The position numbers and the translations under genes were made by a program. The notes under the pieces were generated by a model that worked only from the letters and a program-made list of their open reading frames with translations, ran no database searches and had not been told where the DNA came from. Positions 10,525-20,069 of a stretch of DNA of 64,000 nucleotides are shown here, one piece after another. Numbering within the stretch: position 1 is the first letter of the stretch; each line of letters opens with the position of its first letter. Source of the stretch: an uncultured Chloroflexia bacterium (lineage in GTDB: Bacteria; Chloroflexota; Dehalococcoidia; DSTF01; JALHUB01); the NCBI GenBank assembly GCA_963726245.1, contig CAVSBT010000015.1, positions 32,001-96,000 on the forward strand. The letters run 5' to 3'.

Positions 10525-10566
10525 GGGACACCGCCTGCCGCCCGGCGGGCGGTGTCCCTTGTTCTT
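10525..10566 (+). terminator. Intrinsic terminator-like hairpin before nrdJ-1
   Basis: gggacaccgcctgccg / cggcgggcggtgtccc stem (one G-U) followed by ttgttctt. Confidence 0.6.
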
Positions 10567-10628
10567 GAAGGCCCCGGGCGGGGTGAGAGCGCGAGCCAGA
10601 CTGACGACTAGGAAGGAAACCCGAGGCC

Positions 10629-13526
10629 ATGGTGACCACCGACACTGACCTCCTCGCCCAAGCCACCCCCGTAGGGGCGCAAGGCCTTGCGCCCTTAGGA
10701 CCCCGCGACCCCTCCGCCCGCCTGCCCATCGAGCGGTTCTTCACGAGGCCTGACGCGGACGGGCAGGTCGTCCACCCCTACGACGGCGTGGAGTGGGAGA
10801 CCCGCGGCGCCGCCATACTCGCCGAGGACGGCAGCATCGTCTTCGAGCAGAAGGACGTGGAGGTGCCCGCCTTCTGGTCGCAGACCGCCACCAACGTCGT
10901 CGTCTCCAAGTACTTCCGCGGGCCGCTGGCCGGCCTCGTCGTCCACCACGAGAAGGGCGAGATCCGGCGCGAGACCTCCGTCCGCCAGCTCATCGACCGC
11001 GTGGTGGGAACGCTGAGGGACTGGGGCCTGAAGGATGGCTACTTCGCCGACGAGGAGGAGGCCTGCGTCTTCGCCGACGAGCTCACGCACCTGCTCCTCC
11101 ACCAGAAGGCCTCCTTCAACAGCCCTGTCTGGTTCAACGTGGGGGTGGAGGAGAAGCCCCAGTGCTCCGCCTGCTTCATCCTCTCCGTCGAGGACAATAT
11201 GGAGTCGATTCTGGACTGGTGCCGCACCGAGGGGATGATCTTCAAGGGTGGCTCCGGCTCCGGCGTCAACCTTTCGCGGCTGCGCTCCGGGCGGGAGCCC
11301 CTTTCGTCGGGAGGTCTGGCCTCGGGCCCCGTGTCCTTCATGCGCGGCGCCGACTCCATCGCCGGCTCCATCAAGTCGGGCGGCAAGACGCGTCGCGCCG
11401 CCAAGATGGTCATCCTCAACGCCGACCACCCGGACATCCTCGAGTTCATCGAGTGCAAGGCGAAGGAAGAGCGCAAGGCGCACGCCCTGGGCGAGGCGGG
11501 CTGGGACATGTCCCTCAACGGCGAGGCCTGGACCTCCGTCCAGTTCCAGAACGCCAACAACTCGGTGCGGGCCACCGACGAGTTCATGCGCGCCGCCATC
11601 GAGGACTGCGACTGGCCCCTGCGCGCCGTCACGAGCGGCCAGGTGCTGGAGACGATGCGCGCCCGCGACCTCCTGCGCCGCATCGCGCAGGCCACCTGGG
11701 AGTGCGGCGACCCCGGCATGCAGTTCGACACCACCGTCAACCGCTGGCACACTTGCCCCAGCAGCGGTCGCATCAACGCCTCCAACCCCTGCTCCGAGTA
11801 CATGCACGTGGACAACTCGGCCTGCAACCTGGCCTCCCTCAACCTGATGCGGTTCATGGACGACGAGGGCAGTTTCGATATCGAGGCGTTCCGGCGCGCC
11901 GTGGCCGTGGTCATCCTGGCCCAGGAGATCATCGTCGACAACTCCAGCTACCCGACGCCGCGCATCACGGAGAACGCCCGCGACTTCCACCAGCTCGGCC
12001 TGGGCTACGCCAACCTGGGCGCCCTCCTCATGTCACTGGGCATCCCCTACGACTCCGACGCCGGTCGCGCTTACGCCGCCGCCCTCACCGCCATCATGAC
12101 CGGCCATGCCTACGCCGTCTCGGCCCGTATCGCCGCCCGCATGGGGCCCTTCGCCGGCTACGAACTGAACCGGGAGCCCATGCTCGCGGTCATCCGACAG
12201 CACCGGGACGCGACGGGAAGACTTGTGCAACAAGCGGCAGGCAAGAAGCAACAAGGGGAGGCGGCGGACCCGGTTCCTGGTTCCCAGTTCCCGGTTCCTG
12301 GGGAGGTTCCCGGCGGTGAGGGGCTGCTGGCGGCGGCCCGGTCGGCCTGGGACGAGGCCCTCTCCCTGGGCGAGGCCCACGGCTATCGGAACGCCCAGGT
12401 CAGCGTGCTCGCCCCCACGGGTACCATCGCCTTCATGATGGACTGCGACACCACCGGCGTGGAGCCCGACATGGCCCTCATCAAGTACAAGAAGCTGGTG
12501 GGCGGCGGCGTCCTCAAGATGGTGAACCAGACGGTGCCGCGCGCCCTCCGGACACGCTGGGCTACGCGCCCGAGGAGATCGAGGCCATCGTTGCCCACCT
12601 GGACGACACGGGCACCATCGAGGGGGCGCCCGGCCTGCGACGAGGAGCACCTGCCCGTCTTCGACTGCGCCTTCCGGCCCGAGAACGGCTCTCGCTCCAT
12701 CACGTCCCTGGGCCACATACGGATGATGGGCGCCGTCCAGCCCTTCATCTCCGGCGCGATCTCGAAGACGGTGAACCTGCCCAACGACGCCGGCGTCGAC
12801 GATGTGATGGAGACCTTCGTCCAGGCGTGGCAGCACGGCCTCAAGGCGATCGCCATCTACCGCGACGGCTCCAAGCGCACGCAGCCCCTATCGACTTCGG
12901 CTGGCGAGCACAAGGCGGCCGCGTCCGCCGCTGAGGCGAGCACGAAGCCGGAGCCGGTGCGACGGCGCCTCCCCGAGACGCGCGACTCGACCACCCACAA
13001 GTTCTCCATCGAGGGGCACGAGGGCTACATCACCGTCGGCATGTACGAGGACGGGTCGCCGGGGGAGATCTTCGTCACCATGGCCAAGGAGGGGAGCGCC
13101 ATCTCCGGCATGATGGACGCCTTCGCCACGTCCATCTCCCTGACCCTCCAGTACGGCGTGCCCCTGGTCGACCTGGTGCACAAGTTCAGCCACATGCGCT
13201 TCGAGCCGGCGGGCCGCACCGAGAACCGTGAGATCCCGGTGGCGCAGTCGGTGGTCGACTACATCTTCCGCTGGCTGGCCTCGCGCTTCTTGAGCGAGGA
13301 GGAGAAGGCGGAACTGGGCATCCTCTCGGAGGAGGTGCGGGCGCGTCTCTCGGCCGAATACGGCACTCAGGGCCAGTTCCGGATAGAGGTGGACAAGGGC
13401 AACGGCAAGTCGTCGCGCAACGGCGAGAGCGACGCGCCGCCCTGCATGAACTGCGGCTGGATCATGACCCGCTGCGGATCGTGCTATCGCTGCGAGAACT
13501 GCGGGAGCACCAGCGGGTGCTCATAG
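10629..13526 (+). CDS. nrdJ: Class II (adenosylcobalamin-dependent) ribonucleotide reductase, copy 1, with C-terminal TSCPD-like domain and zinc ribbon
   Basis: FNSPVWFN, QCSACFI, IKSGGKTRRAAKM, INASNPCSEY thiyl Cys, APTGTI, SGAISKTVN, YRDGSK, CMNCG..CYRCENCG; compensating frameshifts at about 12550-12640. Confidence 0.95.
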   Translation: MVTTDTDLLAQATPVGAQGLAPLGPRDPSARLPIERFFTRPDADGQVVHPYDGVEWETRGAAILAEDGSIVFEQKDVEVPAFWSQTATNVVVSKYFRGPLAGLVVHHEKGEIRRETSVRQLIDRVVGTLRDWGLKDGYFADEEEACVFADELTHLLLHQKASFNSPVWFNVGVEEKPQCSACFILSVEDNMESILDWCRTEGMIFKGGSGSGVNLSRLRSGREPLSSGGLASGPVSFMRGADSIAGSIKSGGKTRRAAKMVILNADHPDILEFIECKAKEERKAHALGEAGWDMSLNGEAWTSVQFQNANNSVRATDEFMRAAIEDCDWPLRAVTSGQVLETMRARDLLRRIAQATWECGDPGMQFDTTVNRWHTCPSSGRINASNPCSEYMHVDNSACNLASLNLMRFMDDEGSFDIEAFRRAVAVVILAQEIIVDNSSYPTPRITENARDFHQLGLGYANLGALLMSLGIPYDSDAGRAYAAALTAIMTGHAYAVSARIAARMGPFAGYELNREPMLAVIRQHRDATGRLVQQAAGKKQQGEAADPVPGSQFPVPGEVPGGEGLLAAARSAWDEALSLGEAHGYRNAQVSVLAPTGTIAFMMDCDTTGVEPDMALIKYKKLVGGGVLKMVNQTVPRALRTRWATRPRRSRPSLPTWTTRAPSRGRPACDEEHLPVFDCAFRPENGSRSITSLGHIRMMGAVQPFISGAISKTVNLPNDAGVDDVMETFVQAWQHGLKAIAIYRDGSKRTQPLSTSAGEHKAAASAAEASTKPEPVRRRLPETRDSTTHKFSIEGHEGYITVGMYEDGSPGEIFVTMAKEGSAISGMMDAFATSISLTLQYGVPLVDLVHKFSHMRFEPAGRTENREIPVAQSVVDYIFRWLASRFLSEEEKAELGILSEEVRARLSAEYGTQGQFRIEVDKGNGKSSRNGESDAPPCMNCGWIMTRCGSCYRCENCGSTSGCS
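10671..10698. repeat. GTAG-type REP palindrome inside the nrdJ-1 5' coding region
   Basis: gtaggggcgcaaggccttgcgccctta; near-identical arms to 59421-59448. Confidence 0.7.
12227..12300. repeat. Heptamer-repeat element, in frame within nrdJ-1
   Basis: GCAACAA GCGGCAG GCAAGAA GCAACAA ... CGGTTCC TGGTTCC CAGTTCC CGGTTCC. Confidence 0.8.
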
Positions 13527-13641
13527 GTTAGGCGTATCGCGACGGGTCTACCCCGCCCCGCCTGCCTGCTGGCAGGCAAGCCGGTCGATTCATGATTCCC
13601 CGCCACCAGCCATCGACCGGCAAGGACTCGTCGTGAGAGCA

Positions 13642-13676
13642 GTGGCGGCGGGCTCCCCGTCGGGGTCCGCCGCCAC
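13642..13676. terminator. GC-rich hairpin between the two nrdJ genes (no clear U-tract)
   Basis: gtggcggcgggctcc ccgtc ggggtccgccgccac. Confidence 0.5.
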
Positions 13677-13691
13677 AATGCCTCAGCGCTT

Positions 13692-13722
13692 TCGACACGC
13701 GCTCGGACAGACGTGCTAAAAT
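13692..13722 (+). promoter_or_regulatory. Extended -10 promoter for nrdJ-2, probably leaderless
   Basis: tcgaca...TGcTAAAAT ending 8 nt before the ATG at 13731. Confidence 0.55.
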
Positions 13723-13730
13723 GAGGTGCC

Positions 13731-16252
13731 ATGACCGCTACCAGGCGCACCTCGACCCGTTCTCCGAGGAAGCCAGGCCGCCCCAAGCTGCCTCTCTCGA
13801 CTAACGCCCGCGTCGTCCTCGAGAGGCGCTACCTGGCCCGGGACGAGAGCGGCCGCCTGATCGAGAAGCCGGAGGACCTCTTCCGGCGGGTGGCCCACAA
13901 CATCGCCCTGGCCGAGAAGGGCTACGGCGCCTCCAAGGAGCAGGTGGCGGCCTGGGAGGAGCGTTTCTACCCCCTCCTCACCTCGCTGCGCTTCCTGCCC
14001 AACTCCCCCACCCTAGGCAACGCCGGCCGCCCCCTCCAGCAGCTTTCGGCCTGCTTCGTCCTCCCCGTCGAGGACTCCATGACCGGCATCTTCGAGACCA
14101 TCAAGGACACGGCGCTCATCCACCAGAGCGGCGGCGGCACCGGCTTCGCCTTCAGCCGCCTGCGCCCCGCCGGCGACCGCGTCCAGTCGACGGGCGGCAT
14201 CGCCAGCGGGCCCGTCTCCTTCATGCGCGTCTTCGACGCCGCCACCGAGGCCATCAAGCAGGGCGGCACCCGCCGCGGCGCCAACATGGCCATCCTGGCC
14301 GCGGAGCACCCCGACATCGAGGAGTTCGTCAACCTCAAGTCGGACATGGTCACCCTCACCAACTTCAACATCTCGGTGGCGGCCAGCGACGCGTTCATGG
14401 GCGCCGTGGAGCGCAACGACGGAGTACGAGCTGGTCAACCCCCGCAACGGCCAGGTGGTGCGCCGCCTCAACGGCCGCCACGTCTTCCGCCAGATCGTGG
14501 AGAACGCCTGGAAGAACGGCGACCCCGGCCTGGTCTTCCTGGACCACGTCAACCGGGACAACCCGACGCCTCAGTTGGGCCGCATCGAGGCCACCAACCC
14601 CTGCGGCGAGCAGCCCCTCCTGCCCTACGAGTCCTGCAACCTGGGCTCCCTGGACGTGTCGAAGTTCGTGCGGGAGGAGCAGGCGACAAGCGGACAGGCA
14701 TACAGGCGGGGCGGCGGGGCCCAGTTCCCGATTCCCAGTTCCCGGTTCCCGGCGCGGAGCGTGGACTGGGAGGGGCTGGCGGACGTCATCCCCCTCTGCG
14801 TGCGCTTCCTCGACGACGTCATCGACATGAACCTCTACCCCATCCCCGAGATCGAGCGGATGACGAAGCTCACCCGCAAGATCGGCCTCGGGGTCATGGG
14901 CTGGGCTGACCTGCTGTTCCGGCTGGGCATACCCTACGACTCGGAGGAGGCCTCTGAGCCTCGGCGAGCGCCTGATGACCTTCATCCAGGAGCACGCCGA
15001 CCGCGCCTCCGAGGAGCTGGCCCGCGAGCGAGGCGTCTTCCCGGCCTGGGAGGGCTCAGTCTACGAGAAGGCCGGCCGGCGGCTGCGAAACGCTACCCGC
15101 ACGACGGTGGCGCCTACCGGCACCCTCTCCATCATCGCCGACTGCTCGGCGGGCATCGAGCCCGTCTTCGCGCTGGCCTTCGTCCGACAGCACTTCCTGG
15201 ACGCCAAGGACCCGGGCCGGGTCAGCCAGCTTTCGCAGGTGGACAGGTGCTTCGAGGAGACGGCGCGCCGGCTGGGCTTCCACTCGCCGGAGCTGATGGA
15301 GGAGCTGGCGCGGGTGGGCAGCCTGAAGGCGCTGTCGGCCAGCCGCCGCCGCTCGATACCGGCCGCTGTGCGGAAGGTCTTCGTCGCCGCCCACGACATC
15401 GCCCCCGAGTGGCACGTGCGCATGCAGGCCGCCTTCCAGCGCCACACCGACAACGCCGTCAGCAAGACGATCAACTTCCCCGAGACGGCCACGCCCGACG
15501 ACGTGGAGAAGGCCTACCTCCTGGCCTACCGCGAGGGCTGCAAGGGCATCACCATCTACCGGGACCGCTCGCGGGAGATGCAGGTGCTGTCTCACGCCAC
15601 CGATGCGCGGCCCCGAGCAGGCCGAGGCCGCCGCCGCCGAGGTCGCGATGGCCCTGCCGCCCGGCGTCCTGCCGCCCGCGGGCCGGGCCGCCGTCCCCTA
15701 CCGGCGCCGCCTGCCCGGAGGAGCGTCGCTCCATCACCCACAAGTTCCGCGTGGGGGAGCAGGAGGGCTACCTGACGGTGGGCCTCTTCGAGGACGGCTC
15801 GCCGGGGGAGGTGTTCATCACCATCTCCAAGGAGGGCTCCACCATCCGCGGGCTCATGGACTCGCTGGCGGTGATGACGTCGCTGGCCCTCCAGTACGGC
15901 GTCCCCATCGAGAACCTGGCCGCCAAGTTCAAGAGCGTCCGCTTCGAGCCGCACGGCTTCACGAGCAACCCCGAGATCCCGCAGGCGAGCTCGCTGGTGG
16001 ACTACATGTTCCGCTGGCTGGAGCTGAAGTTTGCGAGCAAGGAACCAGGAACCAGGAACCCGAGCAAGGAACCAGGAACGCAGGGACCGGAACCGGGGAG
16101 AGGGCGGACGGCCCGCTGGTTCCCGGCATCTGGTTCCTGGTTCCTCCTCCGACGTCTCCACCGGCCTCCTCTGCCCGGAGTGCGGCGCCATCCTCGTCTT
16201 CGCCGAGGGCTGCCTCATCTGCCGCCGCTGCGGCTACAACAAGTGCGGGTGA
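13731..16252 (+). CDS. nrdJ: Class II ribonucleotide reductase, copy 2 (LSxNAxxVLExRYL type) with TSCPD-like domain; several frameshifts
   Basis: [94 protein letters not shown]...[12 protein letters not shown] across ORFs 13731/14455/14975/16031. Confidence 0.92.
14677..14755. repeat. Heptamer-repeat element, in frame within nrdJ-2
   Basis: GCGACAA GCGGACA ... CCAGTTC CCGATTC CCAGTTC CCGGTTC. Confidence 0.75.
16035..16144. repeat. Inverted heptamer-repeat element in the nrdJ-2 C-terminal linker
   Basis: GGAACCA GGAACCA GGAACCC ... GGAACCA ... GGAACCG versus TGGTTCC CGGCATC TGGTTCC TGGTTCC; gagcaaggaaccaggaac occurs twice. Confidence 0.8.
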
Positions 16253-16302
16253 GGGCGACCGACAGGCATGTCGGGCCGAACCTGAGCCGCCTAGCGCACG
16301 AA

Positions 16303-16355
16303 GTAGCTGCAGACCTTCAGGTCTGCATTGGGCAGGGCTGAAGCCCTGCAGCTAC
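16303..16355. repeat. REP doublet (REPIN-like), GTAG...CTAC
   Basis: gtagctgcagaccttcaggtctgc attgg gcagggctgaagccctgcagctac. Confidence 0.75.
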
Positions 16356-16459
16356 GGCCAGAACGGATTGCTCGTCTTCGCACGCCATGTGAGGACGCGG
16401 TGAATCTCCTCTAAAGACTAGTTGACAGAATCACGCCCTCGATTTAATCTGCGGGGGCC

Positions 16460-17891
16460 GTGCACCCCGCCAGCATCTCTCGCCCCGGCCTGACTGCACC
16501 ACGCCGCCCAGCGGCGGCAGCCCGCTGTCCGGCGGGCAGGCTGGCTTCTCCTCTTGGTCGCCCTGGCCGTTGTCCTGCCTCACTTCCCGGCCGGGCCCTG
16601 GCGCAGCCCGTCGCGCCCTGCTCGGTCAACGTATCACCAAACCAGAGCCTGCAGGCGGCCATCGCCTCCGCGCCGGCGGGCGGCGTCATCTGCCTGTCCG
16701 GCGGCCTCTACGTGGAGACGCCCGTCTTCGACCAGACGACGCCTCCCGGCCTCACCCTGCGCGGCGCCGGACCCGACGCCACCGTCATCGACGGCCTCGG
16801 CGCCCGCGACGGGGTGCTCATCCTCAACGCCAGCGGCACCACGCTGGAGGACCTGAGCGTGCGAGGCGGCGTCCCCGCCAACGTCTACGTCTTCAACTCC
16901 ATTGACGTCCGGCTGCGGAACGTGGTCGTGTCCGGGGGCGGCGTCGGCATCCACATCGACGCCGGCAGCAACGCCGAGGTGAGCGGCGCGCTGGTGACGG
17001 GCGTCTCGGGCGACGGCGTCCTGATCCGCAACGGCTCCAGCGCCGCCGTCATGAGCAGCGAGATACGGGGCAACGGCGGCGTGGGCGTGTCGGCGGTAGG
17101 CAACGTGGGCCGGGTCCAGGTATCGACGAGCGAGGTGGCGTCGAACCGGGGGCCGGGCTTCTTCGCCGGCCAGACGCCCTGCCAGCTCCTGCCCCCGGCC
17201 ACCGTCGAACCCCCGCCCTGCTTCCTGGCCAACCCCGCGCGCCTTCGTCGCCAGCGGCGAGTTCCACCTGAACGAGAACACCATCGAGGACAACGGCAGC
17301 ACCGGGCTGGTCTTCTTCCCCGGCACGAAGGCCACCCTCATCAAGAACAAGATCAACGACAACCGCCTGACGGGGCTCTTCGTGTGGGGCGCCGACGTCT
17401 CCGCCCTCCTCAACCGCTTCGAGCGCAACCAGGAGCACGGCGCCGAGTACCGCGCCTATCCGGCGCCGCGACTGCCCGGCCAGCCTCAGGGCACCATACC
17501 GCGGCGGGCGACGGGCTCCTTCCTGGGCAACGTCGTGCAGGACACCGCTCCCCTGGGCCGCATACTGGGCGGCGGCCTCCTCTCGCAGGGCGGCAAGCTC
17601 ATCGTGCGCGACAGTAGCTTCGTTGACAACGCCGGCATCGGCGTCTCATTCGTCAACGGCGCCGAAGGAGACGTTATCTCCAACCACATCATGTGGAACA
17701 AGGGCTCCGCCATCTGTCTCTGGTACGCCGGCTCGGTGAAGACCGACGGGAACACCGTCGGGGGCAACATGGCCGACCGGGTTGGCGTCTGCGCCGAGCG
17801 GGCCACTGATACGCACGATGGGAGCGGTGGCCCCTCCGCCCGCCCGGCACCGCCCCGCCGCGGGTGCTCACAGCGGATGTCGAACGGATAA
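16460..17891 (+). CDS. Secreted right-handed parallel beta-helix repeat protein, frameshifted
   Basis: Hydrophobic signal in the alternate frame (WLLLLVALAVVL), SLQAAIASAPAGGVICLSGGLY, LTLRGAGPDATVIDG, repeated N..G.GV/GI coils; continues in ORF 17382..17891. Confidence 0.75.
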
Positions 17892-17942
17892 ACGGATGAG
17901 GATGGGGACGCATCCGCGTATCCGTTCCCTATTCGTTGTGAG
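17867..17942. repeat. Imperfect inverted repeat of ACGGAT units
   Basis: ctcacagcggatgtcgaacggataaacggatg ... catccgcgtatccgttccctattcgttgtgag. Confidence 0.55.
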
Positions 17943-17980
17943 CACTGCCACGCGGTCGCGCCGGGTGCTATGCTCGCCGC

Positions 17981-18691
17981 GTGGGTATCGCCGACAACCT
18001 GCGGTCGGTGCGGGAGCGCGTGGCGGCGGCCTGCGAACGGGTGGGCCGCTCTCCCGATGAGGTCACACTCGTCGGGGTGAGCAAGGGCTTCCCGGCGGCG
18101 CTGGTCGTCGAGGCCTGCCGCGCCGGTCTGACCGACGTCGGAGAGAACCGGGTGCAGGAGGCGGCCGCCAAGATTCCCGCGGTCGAGGCGCTCGGGACGC
18201 GCCCGCGCTGGCACCTCGTGGGTCACTTGCAGACGAACAAGGTCAAGACAGCACTGGGGCTCTTTGCTATAATTCACAGCGTCGATTCCGAGCGCCTGGC
18301 TGAGTTCATCGGCCGCCAGGCGGCGAGCTTTCCCGTAGCCGGGCCGGCGCCTATCCTGCTGGAGGTCAACGTCGCCGGCGAGGCCGGCAAGTTCGGCTTC
18401 AGGCCGGAGGACACGGGCCGGGCACTGGACCGGATCGCCGGGCTGCAGGGCCTTACCGTGCAGGGGCTGATGACGGTGGCCCCGATGGTCGACGATCCGG
18501 AGGAAGCGCGGCCCGTCTTTCGTGAGCTGCGCCGCCTGCGGGACGCGTTGGGGCTGCGGCACCTGTCCATGGGCATGACGGACGACTTCGAGGTGGCCAT
18601 CGAGGAGGGCGCGACGATGGTCCGCATCGGACGCGCCATCTTCGGGCCCCGGGAGCCGGCCTGGGAGTGGGCGCGACCTAAGGAGGAGTAG
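17981..18691 (+). CDS. yggS: PLP homeostasis protein YggS/PROSC
   Basis: [67 protein letters not shown]; TGcTATGCT just upstream suggests leaderless mRNA. Confidence 0.95.
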   Translation: MGIADNLRSVRERVAAACERVGRSPDEVTLVGVSKGFPAALVVEACRAGLTDVGENRVQEAAAKIPAVEALGTRPRWHLVGHLQTNKVKTALGLFAIIHSVDSERLAEFIGRQAASFPVAGPAPILLEVNVAGEAGKFGFRPEDTGRALDRIAGLQGLTVQGLMTVAPMVDDPEEARPVFRELRRLRDALGLRHLSMGMTDDFEVAIEEGATMVRIGRAIFGPREPAWEWARPKEE

Positions 18692-18692
18692 A

Positions 18693-19499
18693 ATGGCGGT
18701 TCGGCTGGGACTGATCGGTGGCGGCCTCATGGGCGAGGCTATAGTGGCTGCCGTCTTGAAGAAGGGCGTCCTCTCGCCTTCCGACATCGTGGTCAGCGAC
18801 CTGAGGCCTGAGCGACGGGACCTGATGGCCCGTCAGTACGGCCTCGCCACCACCGACGACAACGCCCGCGTGGCCGCCGAGTCGGACATCGCTCTCCTGG
18901 CCGTTAAGCCCCAGGAGTTCGGAGGCGTCGCCAAGGTCATTCAGGGCCACCTGGACTCCCGTCAGACAGTGGTCTCCATCATGGCGGGCGTGCGCATCGA
19001 GCGCCTGTGCAGCACTCTAGACCACTCGATGGTGGTGCGGGTCATGCCCAACACTCCGGCCATGGTCGGCGAGGGCATGAGCCTGTGGACGGCCACCGAC
19101 GCCGTCACTGAGGAGGCGCGCGAGAGCATACAGAAGCTCCTGGCGGCTATGGGCCGCGAGCTGTACATGGCCGACGAGAAGTATCTGGACATGGCGACCG
19201 CCGTCTCCGCCAGCAGCCCGGCCTTCATCTTCCTGGTGATGGAGGCGTTAACCGACGCCGGCGTGCACATCGGGCTGCGACGTGACCTGGCCATCGAGAT
19301 GGTGACCCAGACGGTGCTGGGGACGGCGCGCCTGGCCCAGGAGACGGGCACGCCCTTCTCCGAGCTGCGGCACATGGTAACTTCGCCCGCCGGCACCACC
19401 GCCGAGGGGCTGCGCGTGCTGGAGAACGCCCGCATGCGCGCCGCCGTGATTGAGGCCATCATCGCCACCTACGAGAAGGGGAAGACCCTGGGAGGGTAG
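18693..19499 (+). CDS. proC: Pyrroline-5-carboxylate reductase
   Basis: [39 protein letters not shown]. Confidence 0.95.
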   Translation: MAVRLGLIGGGLMGEAIVAAVLKKGVLSPSDIVVSDLRPERRDLMARQYGLATTDDNARVAAESDIALLAVKPQEFGGVAKVIQGHLDSRQTVVSIMAGVRIERLCSTLDHSMVVRVMPNTPAMVGEGMSLWTATDAVTEEARESIQKLLAAMGRELYMADEKYLDMATAVSASSPAFIFLVMEALTDAGVHIGLRRDLAIEMVTQTVLGTARLAQETGTPFSELRHMVTSPAGTTAEGLRVLENARMRAAVIEAIIATYEKGKTLGG

Positions 19500-19749
19500 C
19501 GCCATCCTAGCCAACATTGTCCTCGTCCTGACCCAGGTTCTTTCGATTGCCATCTTCGCGCGGGCCATCCTCTCCTGGTTCGCTCTCGACGCGCGCAACC
19601 CGCTGATCGAGATGCTGGACCAGATCACGGAGCCCATCCTCTCGCCGCTGCGACGGATCGTGCCCCGCATGGGCATGATCGACATCACGCCGCTGGTGGC
19701 CATCATCCTTCTCCAAGTATTGGGGCAGGCCGTAGCCGGGAGCCTCTAG
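19498..19749 (+). CDS. yggT: YggT family membrane protein (start codon unclear)
   Basis: RAILSWF...NP....L.QITEPILSPLRRIVPRMGMIDITPLVA. Confidence 0.88.
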   Translation, partial: SAILANIVLVLTQVLSIAIFARAILSWFALDARNPLIEMLDQITEPILSPLRRIVPRMGMIDITPLVAIILLQVLGQAVAGSL

Positions 19750-20035
19750 GCTCGCGGCTCGAGGTTCGAGGATCGAAGTTCGAGGCGGCGGTGCACCTCC
19801 GCCGCGTCCAGGCTCTCCACTGACACCAGCTTCTGGCGGCTTCGCTGCCCGCGCACGATGCGCAGGGAGGACTTCGGGACGCCGAGCGCCTCGACAGCAA
19901 GCGCAGGAGGGCCTCGTTGGCGCGGCCCTCCACGGGCGGCGCCGTCACCCTCGCCCGCAGGACGTCGCCCTCCAGGCCCAGCACCTCATCTCGTGCCGAG
20001 CGCGGCGTCAGGTGGACGCGGAGGGTGGTGGGCAT
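19746..20035 (-). CDS. yggU: DUF167/YggU family protein, frameshift near 19890
   Basis: LRVHLTPRSARDEV...LRARVTAPPVEGRANEAL...LGVPKSSLRIVRGQRSRQKLV. Confidence 0.88.
19750..19785. repeat. Heptamer tandem repeat forming the yggU C-terminal codons
   Basis: GGCTCGC GGCTCGA GGTTCGA GGATCGA AGTTCGA pattern. Confidence 0.6.
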
Positions 20036-20069
20036 GGCTGCCTTACGCTCTCGGGCGCTTGCAGTCCGG

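Noticed and set aside
10585-10625. Hammerhead-like CTGACGA...GAAAC upstream of nrdJ-1
   Set aside because: Stem II only 2 bp, cleavage triplet would be GUG, and no stem I can be drawn
10510-10628. Cobalamin riboswitch before the B12-dependent nrdJ
   Set aside because: Only isolated AGGGAA and GAGCCAGA words; the conserved core helices and B12 box are missing and the space is short
10629-16252. Inteins or group I/II introns in the RNR genes
   Set aside because: Insertions are only 25-35 aa, with no intein N-terminal block, no HN-C/S/T end and no intron-sized sequence
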